From: Candidatus Uhrbacteria bacterium | GTDB lineage: Bacteria; Patescibacteriota; Patescibacteriia; GWA2-47-26 | DNA: 64,000 bases | Direction of reading: 5' to 3' | Assembly: GCA_016187515.1 (NCBI GenBank) | Contig: JACPJN010000006.1 | Coordinates: 856 to 64,855 of the forward strand | Shown here: positions 27,007-37,021 of the stretch, in pieces | Numbering within the stretch: the first letter of the stretch is position 1 | Layout of the letters: the number at the start of each line of letters is the position of its first letter | The notes under the pieces: generated by a model | Database searches by the model: none | The model's input: the letters and a program-made list of their open reading frames with translations, nothing else | Told to the model about the DNA's origin: nothing | Position numbers and translations under genes: made by a program

Positions 27007-27347
27007 AGGCGGGCTTTCCTAATGTCTTCCTCAATTTTACTTTTCAGTTTCTCATCATTGGAAAAATTCTCAATCTCCGAAATCTTATTCAGTATTTCCA
27101 CCGCCAGCTCTTTTCCCGAAAGATCATCTTCAAAATCCAGCAGATGTACCTCCAGGAGCGGCTTTGCATCTTCACTGCGCGCGCCGACCACGGCCACGGC
27201 ATCGCGCGGCGCGCCATTAATCGCAACACGCGCTGCGTACACGCCGGGTATTGGACAAAGACCCCCTCCACACTCCAAATTCGCTGTCGGATATCCCAGC
27301 TTTGTTCCAATGCCAAGACCTCTCTTAACTTTTCCAACAATCCACAT
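26991..27347 (-). CDS. Monofunctional riboflavin kinase (RibF C-terminal domain only)
   Basis: G.V..G.G.G..LGYPTAN, PGVYA, LEVHLLDF..DL.G. Confidence 0.88.
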   Translation of the reverse strand: MWIVGKVKRGLGIGTKLGYPTANLECGGGLCPIPGVYAARVAINGAPRDAVAVVGARSEDAKPLLEVHLLDFEDDLSGKELAVEILNKISEIENFSNDEKLKSKIEEDIRKARLCLQE

Positions 27348-27350
27348 AAT

Positions 27351-27436
27351 ACCCCCTCTTAAGGTAAGAGGGGGCTAGGGGGAGTTATGAATCGCTCATA
27401 ACCCCCTCCAGCTCCCCCTTATCTTAAGGGGGAGAG
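27351..27436. repeat. Intergenic palindromic dimer
   Basis: CCCCCTCTTA-AGG-TAAGAGGGGG..GAGTTATGA / TCATAACC..CTCCCCCTTA-TCT-TAAGGGGGAG. Confidence 0.9.
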
Positions 27437-27524
27437 TTTATTGCATCCTACCACACTTCTTGACAAAAAAACAGGCCCGGGGCCGCTAAGAAGCGTGGCC
27501 CGGGCCAAGGTGCAAAGATGAGGC

Positions 27525-27737
27525 CTAGTTGGTCAAAGTACGCGCGCGCGCCTTGTTGAAACAGGCGCGATGGTCTCCCTCCTCCAGCGGCTTATTGCAG
27601 AAACCGCAGATCGGGACGGTGCAAGAGTCCGCACCCGGCGCCAGATCCAGCGCATCCTGATTCTCGTGGCCGGCGCCACAGCCGCAGATTCCGCCCTCGT
27701 CGAAGTACGCGCCTCTGGGACATCTGGTTGCCATCAA
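27525..27737 (-). CDS. Small Cys-rich hypothetical protein
   Basis: AGGAGG SD, TTGACA-17-TAGGGT upstream, GC hairpin + U-run downstream (27465-27506); 7 Cys including CxxC. Confidence 0.6.
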   Translation of the reverse strand: MMATRCPRGAYFDEGGICGCGAGHENQDALDLAPGADSCTVPICGFCNKPLEEGDHRACFNKARARTLTN

Positions 27738-27866
27738 CTTTCCTCCTGGTTAAAGGTCTACCTCCACCCTACACCATTTTCCGTAAAATGTCAACCCCGT
27801 ACGAAATGGGGTACGGCTGCGGAGACGCACAAATACACTTCGAAATCTCACGGCACTACCGGGCGC

Positions 27867-28358
27867 TTACTTGTTCTGTACCAAATTTCGTACGTGGTCA
27901 AGTGCTCGTTCCAAAATCGGCCGCCCGTCTTTGTAGCTTGAAAATTGAAGCGCGCTGGAAACAGGTACCCAGCGTACTGCTTTGATAAGCTCACTTTTTT
28001 GCGCGATAAGCCGCGTGTGCGAAGGCGCTTCCATTAAAAAATAATATGCAAACTTACGTATCCGCACGCCGCGGGGAGAATGCGCCGTGCCGCGCCGCTC
28101 CGTAAACCACCAATCAATCCGTCCCAAAGGCGCCACTACCCGCAAGGTCCGGATTCCCATTTCTTCTTTGACCTCCCGAACTGCCGCAGCCCTAACGGAC
28201 TCGCCGCGCTCAATATGGCCTTTTGCAAAAGTCCACTTATGGAAGGGATCCAAAAGAAACGCGATCTGGGGCCCTTGCGGCGTCCTACGAAATACCACGC
28301 CACCGGCGCTGTACTCAATGCGGGCTGTGTGCCGCCCTTTCCCTAATTCATGCTTCAT
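27867..28358 (-). CDS. NUDIX hydrolase
   Basis: SAGGVV, KGHIERGESVRAAAVREVKEEMG Nudix box. Confidence 0.92.
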   Translation of the reverse strand: MKHELGKGRHTARIEYSAGGVVFRRTPQGPQIAFLLDPFHKWTFAKGHIERGESVRAAAVREVKEEMGIRTLRVVAPLGRIDWWFTERRGTAHSPRGVRIRKFAYYFLMEAPSHTRLIAQKSELIKAVRWVPVSSALQFSSYKDGRPILERALDHVRNLVQNK

Positions 28359-28368
28359 AATTCCTAAT

Positions 28369-29634
28369 TCACTTCAATAACTCCATCGCTTTCTTCAGTT
28401 GCGGATCTTCCCCGTTGTCAAGATTATCCCGCGTCATTTCCACCGCGATATCCGGGACAATGCCTTCACCTTCGATCTGCTGACCTTTTGGCGTCAGCCA
28501 ATGGGCAATCGTCAGTTTCAAAGCTGAACCGCCGCGCAATTGTTCAAAACTCTGCACGGATCCCTTGCCAAAAGTTGTTTCACCGATCAATTTCCCCTTG
28601 CCGTGATCGCGGAGCGCTCCGGCAACAATTTCGGAAGCCGACGCGGAGCCATTATTGATAAGTACTGCTGTCGGGATGTCACCCAGCCGCGCCGTGCCTT
28701 GGGCGCGGAAGGCCTCTTTTCGGCTGCCCTGAAATTCCTGCCAAACCACCACTTCTCCGGAAGGCACCCAAGCCGACGCCACGGAAACGGCCACTTCCAG
28801 AAAGCCGCCCGGGTTGTTGCGCAGATCCAGAATAATACCCTTCGGATTTTGACTGATAATCTGCTGTATGGCTTGCTCAAATAATCCCGGAGTGGACTCG
28901 TTAAAATAAACAATTTTAAGATACGCGAGGCCATCTTTACGTTTTTCAAATCGAACGCTCTCGATATTTATCGTATCTCGAATAATTGGGAATTTCCTTG
29001 GCTCATCCCATCCCTCGCGCAGGAGCGTAAGTTCAACCGTGCTGCCTTTCGGGCCGCGAATATTGGAAACCGCGATATCCAAGGGCATACCGCGGGTATC
29101 TTGGCCGTCAATGGCGATTATTCGGTCGCCGGAGCGAACCGCGGAGGCCTCGGCCGGAGTCCCCGGAAGCGGGGCAATAATTACGAGCTGCTCTTTTTGT
29201 ATGCCGATTTCCGCTCCAATGCCCTCAAATACTCCCGAGAGCTCCGCGGTAAATTTTTGAGTGGTCTCCGGATCCAAAAATACCGAGTAGGGATCGCCCA
29301 ACGACCCCACCACTCCCGTAAGCGCCCCATAAAAAAGCTGGGTGTCAAAAACCGGCTGTTCCACATAGCGATCCTTAACCATGTCCCACACCTCCCAGAA
29401 AAGATCAAAATTCACGTCCTGAAGAAGGTATTGGGCCGGTGAGTTCTTGCCTTGCACCAAACCGCCCTCCGCTTCCATTGCGGTTGTGGCCGGAGTGCCC
29501 GACTTCCGCCCGACAGACCAGCCAAAAATAAACGACACCGCGATGAATACCGCGACAATAGCGGAGGAGATGAATTTCCTAACCAATTTTGATTTTGGTC
29601 TCGCCGTATAAAACATAATCTGGAGGTAAATCAA
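28369..29634 (-). CDS. ctpA: Carboxyl-terminal processing protease, S41 family
   Basis: LGDPYS, PDZ GIGAEI, LDLRNNPGG, SASASEIVAGAL, TFGKGSVQ; start probably ATG 29616. Confidence 0.93.
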   Translation of the reverse strand: MIYLQIMFYTARPKSKLVRKFISSAIVAVFIAVSFIFGWSVGRKSGTPATTAMEAEGGLVQGKNSPAQYLLQDVNFDLFWEVWDMVKDRYVEQPVFDTQLFYGALTGVVGSLGDPYSVFLDPETTQKFTAELSGVFEGIGAEIGIQKEQLVIIAPLPGTPAEASAVRSGDRIIAIDGQDTRGMPLDIAVSNIRGPKGSTVELTLLREGWDEPRKFPIIRDTINIESVRFEKRKDGLAYLKIVYFNESTPGLFEQAIQQIISQNPKGIILDLRNNPGGFLEVAVSVASAWVPSGEVVVWQEFQGSRKEAFRAQGTARLGDIPTAVLINNGSASASEIVAGALRDHGKGKLIGETTFGKGSVQSFEQLRGGSALKLTIAHWLTPKGQQIEGEGIVPDIAVEMTRDNLDNGEDPQLKKAMELLK

Positions 29635-29666
29635 GCGCTTGATTTATCGGATTTACTTAATTTACT
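29625..29666. repeat. Inverted 9-bp tandem array (AGGTAAATC / GATTTACTT)
   Basis: AGGTAAATCAAG-CG-CTTGATTTATCGGATTTACTTAATTTACT overlapping the murA stop. Confidence 0.65.
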
Positions 29667-30916
29667 TTTTCTATCTTGGCCCCCAATCCACGCAGTCGCT
29701 CCTCAATATTTTCATATCCCCTCTCAATCTGATAGATATTGTCAATCACGGTCTCGCCCTGCGCCGCAAGCGCGGCGATAACCATCGCGATGCCGGCTCG
29801 GATATCCGGGCTCTCAATCCGTTTGCCGCGCAAGGGTGTCGGCCCTTGGACCAGCGCGCGATGGGGATCGCAAAGAATGATATTGGCGCCCATGCGGTTT
29901 AGAAGATCAACATAGAATAGGCGTCCTTCAAAAATCGTTTCGTGCACCAGCGTGAGTCCCCGCGCCTGCGTTAAAAGCACGGTCAGCGGCGGCTGGAGGT
30001 CAGTTGGAAAACCGGGGTATTCATGGGTAATAACTTTTCCCGGACTGCGATAATCCTCCTTTGCTTGAAGAATCGCAATTGAATCAGAACCTTGCTTAAA
30101 ACGCGCACCCATTCTGCGCAAAATGGTCAGCAAACTTTCGATGTGTTCCGGATTGCACTGCGTAATCGTAATCGGACTGCGCGTGGCGGCCGCGAGAATC
30201 GCGAACATGCCGGTCTCCAGCCGATCCGGAATCATGGCATATTCACTTCCCTGAAGGGCCTCCACGCCCTCAATTTTAATGGTACTGGTACCGGCCCCGG
30301 AAATGCGCGCGCCGCAGCGATTCAGATAATCGGCCAGCGCCGCCACCTCCGGCTCGGAGGCCGCGTTCTTCAGTATCGTGACGCCCGGTACCCTTGTCGC
30401 GGTCATCATCAAGCTTTGGGTCGCCGTAACCGACACAAACGGAAAAAAATAAGACGCGCTCTTAAGCCGTTTGGCGATGAAGCGATACTCTTCGCCATTA
30501 TCTTCAATCTCCACGCCCAGCGCCTTGAATCCTTCAAGAAACTGATCAATCGGACGCCGGCCAATCGCGCATCCGCCCGGATGTCCAATACTCGCTTCCC
30601 CAAAACGCAGTAGGAGCGGACCGATGAGTAAAACTGAAGCCCGCACTTTTCCGGAGAGTTCTCGGCTCAAACTATGGGAGTTAAGCGTAGCGGGATCAAT
30701 GGAAACCTCGCTATCCCTGATTTCCACCCGCGCGCCCAGTTTCTTAATAATATCCAACATCACGCCGACATCATTGATCTTTGGAACGCGCTTGAGCGTA
30801 GTTGCCCCCCTTGCCAAAAGCGCGGCGGGGATGGCAATTAACGCCGCGTTTTTCGCGCCGGAAACCGCGATCTGTCCGGAAAGACGCTGTGGTCCTTGAA
30901 TTACGAATTTAGCCAT
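29657..30916 (-). CDS. murA: UDP-N-acetylglucosamine 1-carboxyvinyltransferase
   Basis: SGAKNAAL, RASVLL, PGGCAIGRRP, YPGFPTDLQ, DIRAG, IERGYE. Confidence 0.97.
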   Translation of the reverse strand: MAKFVIQGPQRLSGQIAVSGAKNAALIAIPAALLARGATTLKRVPKINDVGVMLDIIKKLGARVEIRDSEVSIDPATLNSHSLSRELSGKVRASVLLIGPLLLRFGEASIGHPGGCAIGRRPIDQFLEGFKALGVEIEDNGEEYRFIAKRLKSASYFFPFVSVTATQSLMMTATRVPGVTILKNAASEPEVAALADYLNRCGARISGAGTSTIKIEGVEALQGSEYAMIPDRLETGMFAILAAATRSPITITQCNPEHIESLLTILRRMGARFKQGSDSIAILQAKEDYRSPGKVITHEYPGFPTDLQPPLTVLLTQARGLTLVHETIFEGRLFYVDLLNRMGANIILCDPHRALVQGPTPLRGKRIESPDIRAGIAMVIAALAAQGETVIDNIYQIERGYENIEERLRGLGAKIEKVN

Positions 30917-30994
30917 AGTATCATGGATTATATACTAGTTACTTTCCGTAGGCAAGCCATCACATCCTAATGGCCGACAGCATGGATTACATCA

Positions 30995-31122
30995 AAAATC
31001 ACAAATCACAAGCACCAAATTACAAGGAAATGACAATTTACAAATTACAAATAACAAGTTTGAAGTTTGAGTATTGGAATTTGTAATTTGTTTGTGGTTT
31101 GGCATTTGGAATTTGGAATTTT
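30995..31122. repeat. Inverted 7-bp tandem array (AAATTAC/AAATCAC vs GTAATTT/GGAATTT)
   Basis: Left arm ~9 degenerate heptamers, right arm reverse-complement heptamers. Confidence 0.8.
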
Positions 31123-31130
31123 TACGCCAT

Positions 31131-31994
31131 ATGTCTCTGATTTTTCGCCGCCTCATATTTTATTTTCTCCTTTTCATCTTTATTATTCTCGCCCCGATTA
31201 TTGTCGCCTACACTGCCGGATACCGCTTCAGTCCTACCCAACGCCAGATCGTCAAGACCGGCGCGCTTTCGATTACCACCCTCCCGGCCGGCGCCGAAAT
31301 TACTCTAAATGGCCGGTCGGGTTTGGCCTATACTCCAACGCTGATTACCAATCTCCTCCCGGGAGCGTATGAAATTAAAATTACCAAAGCCGGGTATCAC
31401 CCCTGGATGAAAAATCTTACGGTTGAAGATGGAAAAACCACTTTCGCGCATAACGTTTCCCTTTTTAAGCTGGCCGACCCGGAATCCACTCCGACGGTAA
31501 ATGACTTGACTTCGGATCAGGCCGTTCCGGAAAGTTTGGGAAATTTTAAGGTCTGGTATGACGACAACTTCAGAAAGATCGTCGTAACGAACAACCTTCT
31601 CAAGCAGCGAGTCGCTGAACTCGACGCGGATCAGGCCCGCTGGCGCCGACAACCCACTCCGCTGCTTTTCGCTTATAGCGGACACGAGGTCTGGCAATAC
31701 AATCCCGAAAACCAGAGCACTGCTTTGATCACCCGGCTGACCGAAGATATCCACTCGGTCATCCCTCTTCCGCGCGAGGAAGCTATTTTGATCATTATCG
31801 CTTCCGAATCGTCTGGCGCGGAGAAATATACCATCCGCGCTTCAGAGCTGGATTCACGCGATCATCAAAACAGTTGGGATCTGGGAAAGTTTGATGCAAT
31901 TAAAAAAGCCGTCCTGGCGGAGGACGGAAAAACCCTGGAGGTATCCGGAATTTATCGCGGTAAAGCCGGGCGCTGGCAACTGCAATTAAAATAA
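31131..31994 (+). CDS. Membrane-anchored PEGA domain protein
   Basis: TM helix, YTAGYRF, TGALSITTLPAGAEITLNG..TP..ITNLLPGAYEIKITKAGYHPW; start ATG 31131. Confidence 0.85.
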   Translation: MSLIFRRLIFYFLLFIFIILAPIIVAYTAGYRFSPTQRQIVKTGALSITTLPAGAEITLNGRSGLAYTPTLITNLLPGAYEIKITKAGYHPWMKNLTVEDGKTTFAHNVSLFKLADPESTPTVNDLTSDQAVPESLGNFKVWYDDNFRKIVVTNNLLKQRVAELDADQARWRRQPTPLLFAYSGHEVWQYNPENQSTALITRLTEDIHSVIPLPREEAILIIIASESSGAEKYTIRASELDSRDHQNSWDLGKFDAIKKAVLAEDGKTLEVSGIYRGKAGRWQLQLK

Positions 31995-32007
31995 ACCCCC
32001 TTTATAA

Positions 32008-33204
32008 TCACCAAAACATCACTCGTCTGTTTATCTGCCAATACGCATTCATGGCTGGATTCGCAATATACTTAAGCACGGGGTTCATTACTTCTTGAAA
32101 TAAAATTTGTCCGGTAAAATCGCGCATCATACTCCTATCGGACATGGTGCGCATGGCTTGAATCGCGCGCCTCTCACGCGCTATTTTTCGCCACGAACTG
32201 GGTTTGAAAAAATAACCCCAGCTGCGTAATTTTGGCTTGGCGTATCCGCCAAGTATCGCGCCGGAGAGCACCCCAAGCTCCATTGCGAAAAACGCCGGCG
32301 CGATTAAAATCAGCGTCGGCACTTTATAAAACTGCAGCATCGTGAGCAACCGATTGCGCTCCATATAATAGACCTGTAAAATGGAACGCTTGAATTCATA
32401 CTTGTGCCACATGATTGATTTTGGAGCGAACACCACGCGATAGCCGGCCAACTTGGCTTTCAGGCAAAGCTCCATATCGTCGTGATACATAAAAAAGTCC
32501 GGATTGCAAAGTCCAATTTTTTCAAATACTGCGCGCCTCACATACATGGACGCGCCAGAAGCGTAAGGAATGTCCTCAATTTCTCCTCCCCTTAAGGTAA
32601 GGGGAGGCTGGGAGGGGTTATGAGTGCTTTCTATATCGCCATATCCCTTGCAATACCCAAACCCAAGAAAATGAATTTGATTGCCAACTGAATTGATCCG
32701 CTGCACGCCATCTTTTCCCACGGGCCAAAGCAACAGTTTTGACTGCACAATGCCGATCGGGCGATTGTCGTAACTCCCCCTACCCCCTCTTACCCTAAGA
32801 GGGGGTTCCGATCGATCTCCCTCCCTTAAGATAAGGGAGGGTTGGGGAGGGTTATGCTCCTCACTATACGCTGCCGCCACGAGTTCGCGTAACCACTGCG
32901 GCTGCACAATCACATCCATGTTGGAAAGCACAATATCCTCACAGCCGTCTTTAAACGCCTGCGCAATCCCCACATTATTCCCCCCGCCCCAACCGGAATT
33001 TTCTTTATTGGGCAATATCACCGCCTCCGGATACATTTCGCGCAAATATGCTTCCGTCTCCGGACTTGTCGCGTTGTCCACGATGTACACCACATATTTA
33101 TCACGCGGATAATTAATCTTCCGCATGCTATCCCGACAATCCTCAAGAAACCTTTTGGCGTAGGTTTTGTAGTTGATTAAAACTATGCCTACCTTCGGTG
33201 TCAT
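32008..33204 (-). CDS. Glycosyltransferase family 2 (two in-frame palindrome insertions)
   Basis: IVDNA, NSGWGGGNN, SGASM, FFMYHDDMELC. Confidence 0.9.
   Translation of the reverse strand: MTPKVGIVLINYKTYAKRFLEDCRDSMRKINYPRDKYVVYIVDNATSPETEAYLREMYPEAVILPNKENSGWGGGNNVGIAQAFKDGCEDIVLSNMDVIVQPQWLRELVAAAYSEEHNPPQPSLILREGDRSEPPLRVRGGRGSYDNRPIGIVQSKLLLWPVGKDGVQRINSVGNQIHFLGFGYCKGYGDIESTHNPSQPPLTLRGGEIEDIPYASGASMYVRRAVFEKIGLCNPDFFMYHDDMELCLKAKLAGYRVVFAPKSIMWHKYEFKRSILQVYYMERNRLLTMLQFYKVPTLILIAPAFFAMELGVLSGAILGGYAKPKLRSWGYFFKPSSWRKIARERRAIQAMRTMSDRSMMRDFTGQILFQEVMNPVLKYIANPAMNAYWQINRRVMFW
32583..32623. repeat. In-frame palindrome monomer
   Basis: Encodes HNPSQPPLTLRGGE. Confidence 0.9.
32769..32856. 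repeat. In-frame palindromic dimer
   Basis: Encodes HNPPQPSLILREGDRSEPPLRVRGGRGSY. Confidence 0.9.
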
Positions 33205-33236
33205 AGTTTGATTATTAATCAGATTTAACACAGATA

Positions 33237-33635
33237 TTAAACAAATGGTTTCTTGCTTCTATCCGGGTAGACTATGCGACGAATGCGTACACCATTAGGT
33301 GTAAAGAAAATAAGCAGCGCAATCTGCATATTAGTTACCCGTAGATATTCTAAAACCTGACGCAAGTGAACATTTTTTAACTCCGGGACCACTTTAATCT
33401 CTACCACGACCTTACCATCAACTATAAAATCCAATCGATCCTCTCCTATCTTTTTTCCAGCATAGCACAAATCCACTGTAAATTCACGAGCATATGCTAT
33501 GCCCAATTGATCAAATTCGGCCGCTATTGCTCTCTGCACATAAGTTTCCCGAATATGCGGCCCTAAACTGTTCCCCACTTTATATGCCGCCCCAATAATT
33601 TTATGAGTTAGCTCTTTATGCGGGTACTCTGCCAT
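33237..33635 (-). CDS. GxxExxY family PD-(D/E)xK nuclease-like protein
   Basis: ELTHKIIGAAYKV..SLGP..RETY, RLDFIVDGKVVVEIK, H..QVLEYL; start ATG 33635. Confidence 0.88.
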   Translation of the reverse strand: MAEYPHKELTHKIIGAAYKVGNSLGPHIRETYVQRAIAAEFDQLGIAYAREFTVDLCYAGKKIGEDRLDFIVDGKVVVEIKVVPELKNVHLRQVLEYLRVTNMQIALLIFFTPNGVRIRRIVYPDRSKKPFV

Positions 33636-33679
33636 ATAATATCTGATTATATCTGATCCGAATCTGTTTAGTGATCGCG

Positions 33680-34501
33680 TCAGTAACTCTGACGCCACCA
33701 TTTCCACGCATACTTCATCAAACTTTTAATATGGATACGCGTCAGGGGGTTTAGTAACACTGACTTGAGACCAGGCACTTTGGCCGAAGCGCGCTCGTGA
33801 CCGTGTTGAATTATCACATCGCCCTTGTAATACACTGGCCAGCCGCGGGACCAAAAGGTGCGGCAAAGATCCGTGTCTTCAAGATACATAAAATACCGCT
33901 CATCAAAAAATCCTACGTCCTTGAACACTGAGCCGCGGCAAAACAGTGCCGCACCCGTTGCCCAATCAATCGGCTGTGTTTTTGTGTGGTCAAAATCCTT
34001 CATGTGCAGATGTTCAACGCGCCTGCGCGCCCAGTCATATTTTTTATGCAAGCCCAGGCGATAAATTGGTTGGTCCAAAAAACGCGGAAATCGCATGCAG
34101 GAGGGCTGCATCTCACCGTTTGGGAGCATAAGCCGCGGCGCTACGATTCCCACTTTGGGATGCGCTTCCATAAATTGATAAAGCCGCAGAGTTGTGCGCG
34201 GCTGGTTTTCTAAAAATACCAGATCGGGATTGGCAATAAAATAATACTTGGCCTCAAATTGTTTAAGCCCGAGATTATTTCCACGACCAAATCCGACATT
34301 TCTGCCGGCATCGATGAAAACCACGCGATCACCAAACTCCTGTGTGAGCGCCTCCTTTAACCCATCCCTTGACGCATTATCCACAACAACCGGCTGCACC
34401 TTCAAATTTGTGCCTTGAACATCTCGAAATAGCAACCGAAGCATCGCCAAAATTTTATCGCGCATTTTGTAGTTGACTGTCACGGTAATAATATCAAACA
34501 T
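33680..34501 (-). CDS. Glycosyltransferase family 2
   Basis: VVDNASRD, NVGFGRGNN, ANPD, FDERYFMYLEDTDLC; start ATG 34501. Confidence 0.9.
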   Translation of the reverse strand: MFDIITVTVNYKMRDKILAMLRLLFRDVQGTNLKVQPVVVDNASRDGLKEALTQEFGDRVVFIDAGRNVGFGRGNNLGLKQFEAKYYFIANPDLVFLENQPRTTLRLYQFMEAHPKVGIVAPRLMLPNGEMQPSCMRFPRFLDQPIYRLGLHKKYDWARRRVEHLHMKDFDHTKTQPIDWATGAALFCRGSVFKDVGFFDERYFMYLEDTDLCRTFWSRGWPVYYKGDVIIQHGHERASAKVPGLKSVLLNPLTRIHIKSLMKYAWKWWRQSY

Positions 34502-34505
34502 ATTT

Positions 34506-34580
34506 GATTGAAGTAAATCAAGCGAGACAGGTAAATCAGGCGCTTGACTTGCTTGATTCACTTGATTTACTTGCTTTACT
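34506..34580. repeat. Inverted 9-bp tandem array
   Basis: AAGTAAATC AAGCGAGAC AGGTAAATC AGG-CG-CTTGACTTG CTTGATTCA CTTGATTTA CTTGCTTTA. Confidence 0.8.
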
Positions 34581-35754
34581 TTTCTAAAAACCACCGCCTC
34601 ATCTCTTCCGGCTTTACTTTATAATTCGCCATAATCGCGCACCGCTTGGCCATGGTGCGCGGCCACAGTTTTTTCACTTCACGCAAGCCTTTCAGTGTTC
34701 CCCAATCGGTGAAAATCAGATATACAAACTTCTTCAGCTCATACCCGAGAATCCACGGCCAGTCTTTTCCAAAGTTAGCACGATGCTCATTCTTTAGCAA
34801 GACCGTGAGATGATTCCGATAGGAATAGTAATTTACATACGCCGCCCGCCCTTTTCGATTTTTCATGGCTGCCGAGTCAGACATTTCTTGCGGTCCTGTC
34901 GCAGTGCGATCATGCCACGCGCGCGCCTCTGCCGTCACATACGCTTTCCATCCCGCGCTCCGCAGGCGGAATGCTAAATCAACATCCTCTTTATAACTTC
35001 CAAATTCATCATCAAACATACTTCCTTCAAATGCCACATCATCAACTGCCTTGCGGCGATAAATGGGGAGTGCACCAGAGACACCGAAAACTTCAACGCC
35101 TCCCCCTCTTAAGGTAAGAGGGGGTTGGGGGGCGTTATGAGTTGTCATTTGTTCTCCTGTTCTCCAATCCACCACTCTCCGATTTCGCAACACCTTCAAT
35201 CCCATTGTATCAATGATATTGGTGAGCGATTCGCTAATTGGAAATTGGAAATTATCCTCCCGATGCGGATCCGCCCTGGGCGGAGAAATTAGAAATTTAC
35301 TAAAATCCCATTTTAGCAGTGTCCCCTGTCCTGCCCCGGCCTCCGGATTGCCGTCCATCATCGCGACTACTTTTTCCAAATAATCCGGGGCCAAATACAT
35401 GTCTTGATTGAGGAGTTGGATGTACTCGGATGGCGTAGGGCGTAGGGCGTAGGGCGTAGAGTTCGAATCAATTTCATTACCATTTGCCCTATGCCCTATG
35501 CTCTTAGCCACCAAACGCACGGCTTGATTATGCCCCCCTGCAAATCCGAGATTTTTTTCATTGCGCACTAGTCGCGCAGGCACTGGCAGATTCTTTATTT
35601 CACGCTCAATTAAATCCGCTGTCCCATCCGTGGAATTATTATCAATCGCCAGTAACTCCCAATCTCTATACGTCTGCCTTCGGAGCGACTCAAAAAGATA
35701 GGGAATATACTTTGCGCCGTTCCAAGCCACTAAATGCACCGAGAGTTTTGCCAT
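34576..35754 (-). CDS. Glycosyltransferase family 2 with several in-frame repeat insertions
   Basis: IDNNSTD, NLGFAGGHN, LLNQD, YKEDVDLAFR; inserts PYALRPTP, SPPRADPHREDNFQFPIS, HNAPQPPLTLRGGG. Confidence 0.9.
   Translation of the reverse strand: MAKLSVHLVAWNGAKYIPYLFESLRRQTYRDWELLAIDNNSTDGTADLIEREIKNLPVPARLVRNEKNLGFAGGHNQAVRLVAKSIGHRANGNEIDSNSTPYALRPTPSEYIQLLNQDMYLAPDYLEKVVAMMDGNPEAGAGQGTLLKWDFSKFLISPPRADPHREDNFQFPISESLTNIIDTMGLKVLRNRRVVDWRTGEQMTTHNAPQPPLTLRGGGVEVFGVSGALPIYRRKAVDDVAFEGSMFDDEFGSYKEDVDLAFRLRSAGWKAYVTAEARAWHDRTATGPQEMSDSAAMKNRKGRAAYVNYYSYRNHLTVLLKNEHRANFGKDWPWILGYELKKFVYLIFTDWGTLKGLREVKKLWPRTMAKRCAIMANYKVKPEEMRRWFLEK
35099..35140. repeat. In-frame palindrome monomer
   Basis: CCCCCTCTTA-AGG-TAAGAGGGGG-TTGGGGGGCGTTATGA. 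Confidence 0.9.
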
Positions 35755-35756
35755 AT

Positions 35757-36803
35757 CTATGTTACTCTCTTTCCCTGCATATTCAATTTATCCCCCACCC
35801 ACACAGCCGCAAGCGCCAACGGACGCACCCAATCAAGTAATTCCCCCTCCCACCATGGACGATGTTTTCTAAAATATTGCACCATTGAGCGCGTCATCAT
35901 TTTTTGCTTCGGATACAAGCGCACTTGCTTAAAACTCTGTCCCACATAATCCACGGCCTTGACTGTCGGCGTGTAAGCCACTTCATAACCGGCCTCAATT
36001 GCGCGTTTGCAAAAATCCACTTCTTCAAACCAAATAAAAAATCCTTCATCCAGCATGCCGATTTTATCCAAAAGTTCCCGCCGAATCATAAAGAAAGACC
36101 CGCGAATGGAATCCACCCGCGCTTCTTTACTATAATCAAAATCTTGCATCATATAATGGTCAAGTACTTTTGGAAAAAAATGTGGTACTTTGAGCATAAT
36201 AGCAAGCTGATCTTTGATTGTGGGGAACCTGCGCACGTGGGGGACAGTGACGTAGTCATCTATTTCGTAACTCCCCCTACCCCCTCTTACCCTAAGCGGG
36301 GGTACCGCTCGATCTCCCTCCCTTAAGGTAAGGGAGGGAGGGGGTGGGTTATGAATCGGCGACACCAACCAACACCCTGCTACTCCGACCTTCGCATTTA
36401 CAGGATCATCCATAAACCGTACCATCCCCTCCAATGTCCCCTGAAATACCCGCATATCCGGATTCAGAAGAAGCACATAGCGACCTTGCGAAAGCCGAAT
36501 CGCTTGATTGTTGGCTTTTGCAAAACCAGCATTAAAATCATTGGCAATCACATGTACGGACGGAAATTCCTGCTCCACCATTTGTACTGTCCCATCTTTT
36601 GAAGCATTATCAACCACAAAAACTTCGTAGGTTAAAGAGCCCCCTCCCCTAGCCCCTCCCACCGAGGGAGGGGAATTTCCAATGATTTCCTCCCCCTTGA
36701 TGGGGGAGGATGAAGGAGGGGGTGTGGTTTCCTCCACCGACCTCAAACACTCCCTTAACTTTTCCTTGACGTTCCAACTGACGATAACAATTGATAAATC
36801 CAT
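35757..36803 (-). CDS. Glycosyltransferase family 2 (two in-frame palindrome insertions)
   Basis: MDLSIVIVSWN, VVDNASKD, LLLNPD, LDEGFFIWFEEVDFC. Confidence 0.9.
   Translation of the reverse strand: MDLSIVIVSWNVKEKLRECLRSVEETTPPPSSSPIKGEEIIGNSPPSVGGARGGGSLTYEVFVVDNASKDGTVQMVEQEFPSVHVIANDFNAGFAKANNQAIRLSQGRYVLLLNPDMRVFQGTLEGMVRFMDDPVNAKVGVAGCWLVSPIHNPPPPSLTLREGDRAVPPLRVRGGRGSYEIDDYVTVPHVRRFPTIKDQLAIMLKVPHFFPKVLDHYMMQDFDYSKEARVDSIRGSFFMIRRELLDKIGMLDEGFFIWFEEVDFCKRAIEAGYEVAYTPTVKAVDYVGQSFKQVRLYPKQKMMTRSMVQYFRKHRPWWEGELLDWVRPLALAAVWVGDKLNMQGKRVT
36265..36354. repeat. In-frame palindromic dimer
   Basis: Encodes HNPPPPSLTLREGDRAVPPLRVRGGRGSYE. Confidence 0.9.
36640..36724. repeat. In-frame palindromic dimer (second subfamily)
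   Basis: Encodes TPPPSSSPIKGEEIIGNSPPSVGGARGG; TCCTCCCCCTTGATGGGGGAGGAT shared with 43039-43134. Confidence 0.85.
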
Positions 36804-37021
36804 AAATGTTTACCTACTATATCCGAAATCTGTTTTTTGGTCAACCCGCCTTAACTCTCCTAAATCTGCCATAAACAAATTATGTCAACTATGAGCGATC
36901 GTTTATAATTGACATAATTTAAAATACCAAAATTAATTAAAATAGCCGGCGCCTTGAGCATGTCGCGTGACATGCTTTGGGCACCGGCCGCCTCCTGAAG
37001 AACAACCTTTGTGAGCCTTCG

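Noticed and set aside
34502..34594. N-terminal extensions in the ORF track (e.g. KQVNQVNQASQ here; also 31074, 26352, 38655, 33707, 14501)
   Set aside because: They are translations of intergenic repeats or promoters; downstream starts match the family N-termini
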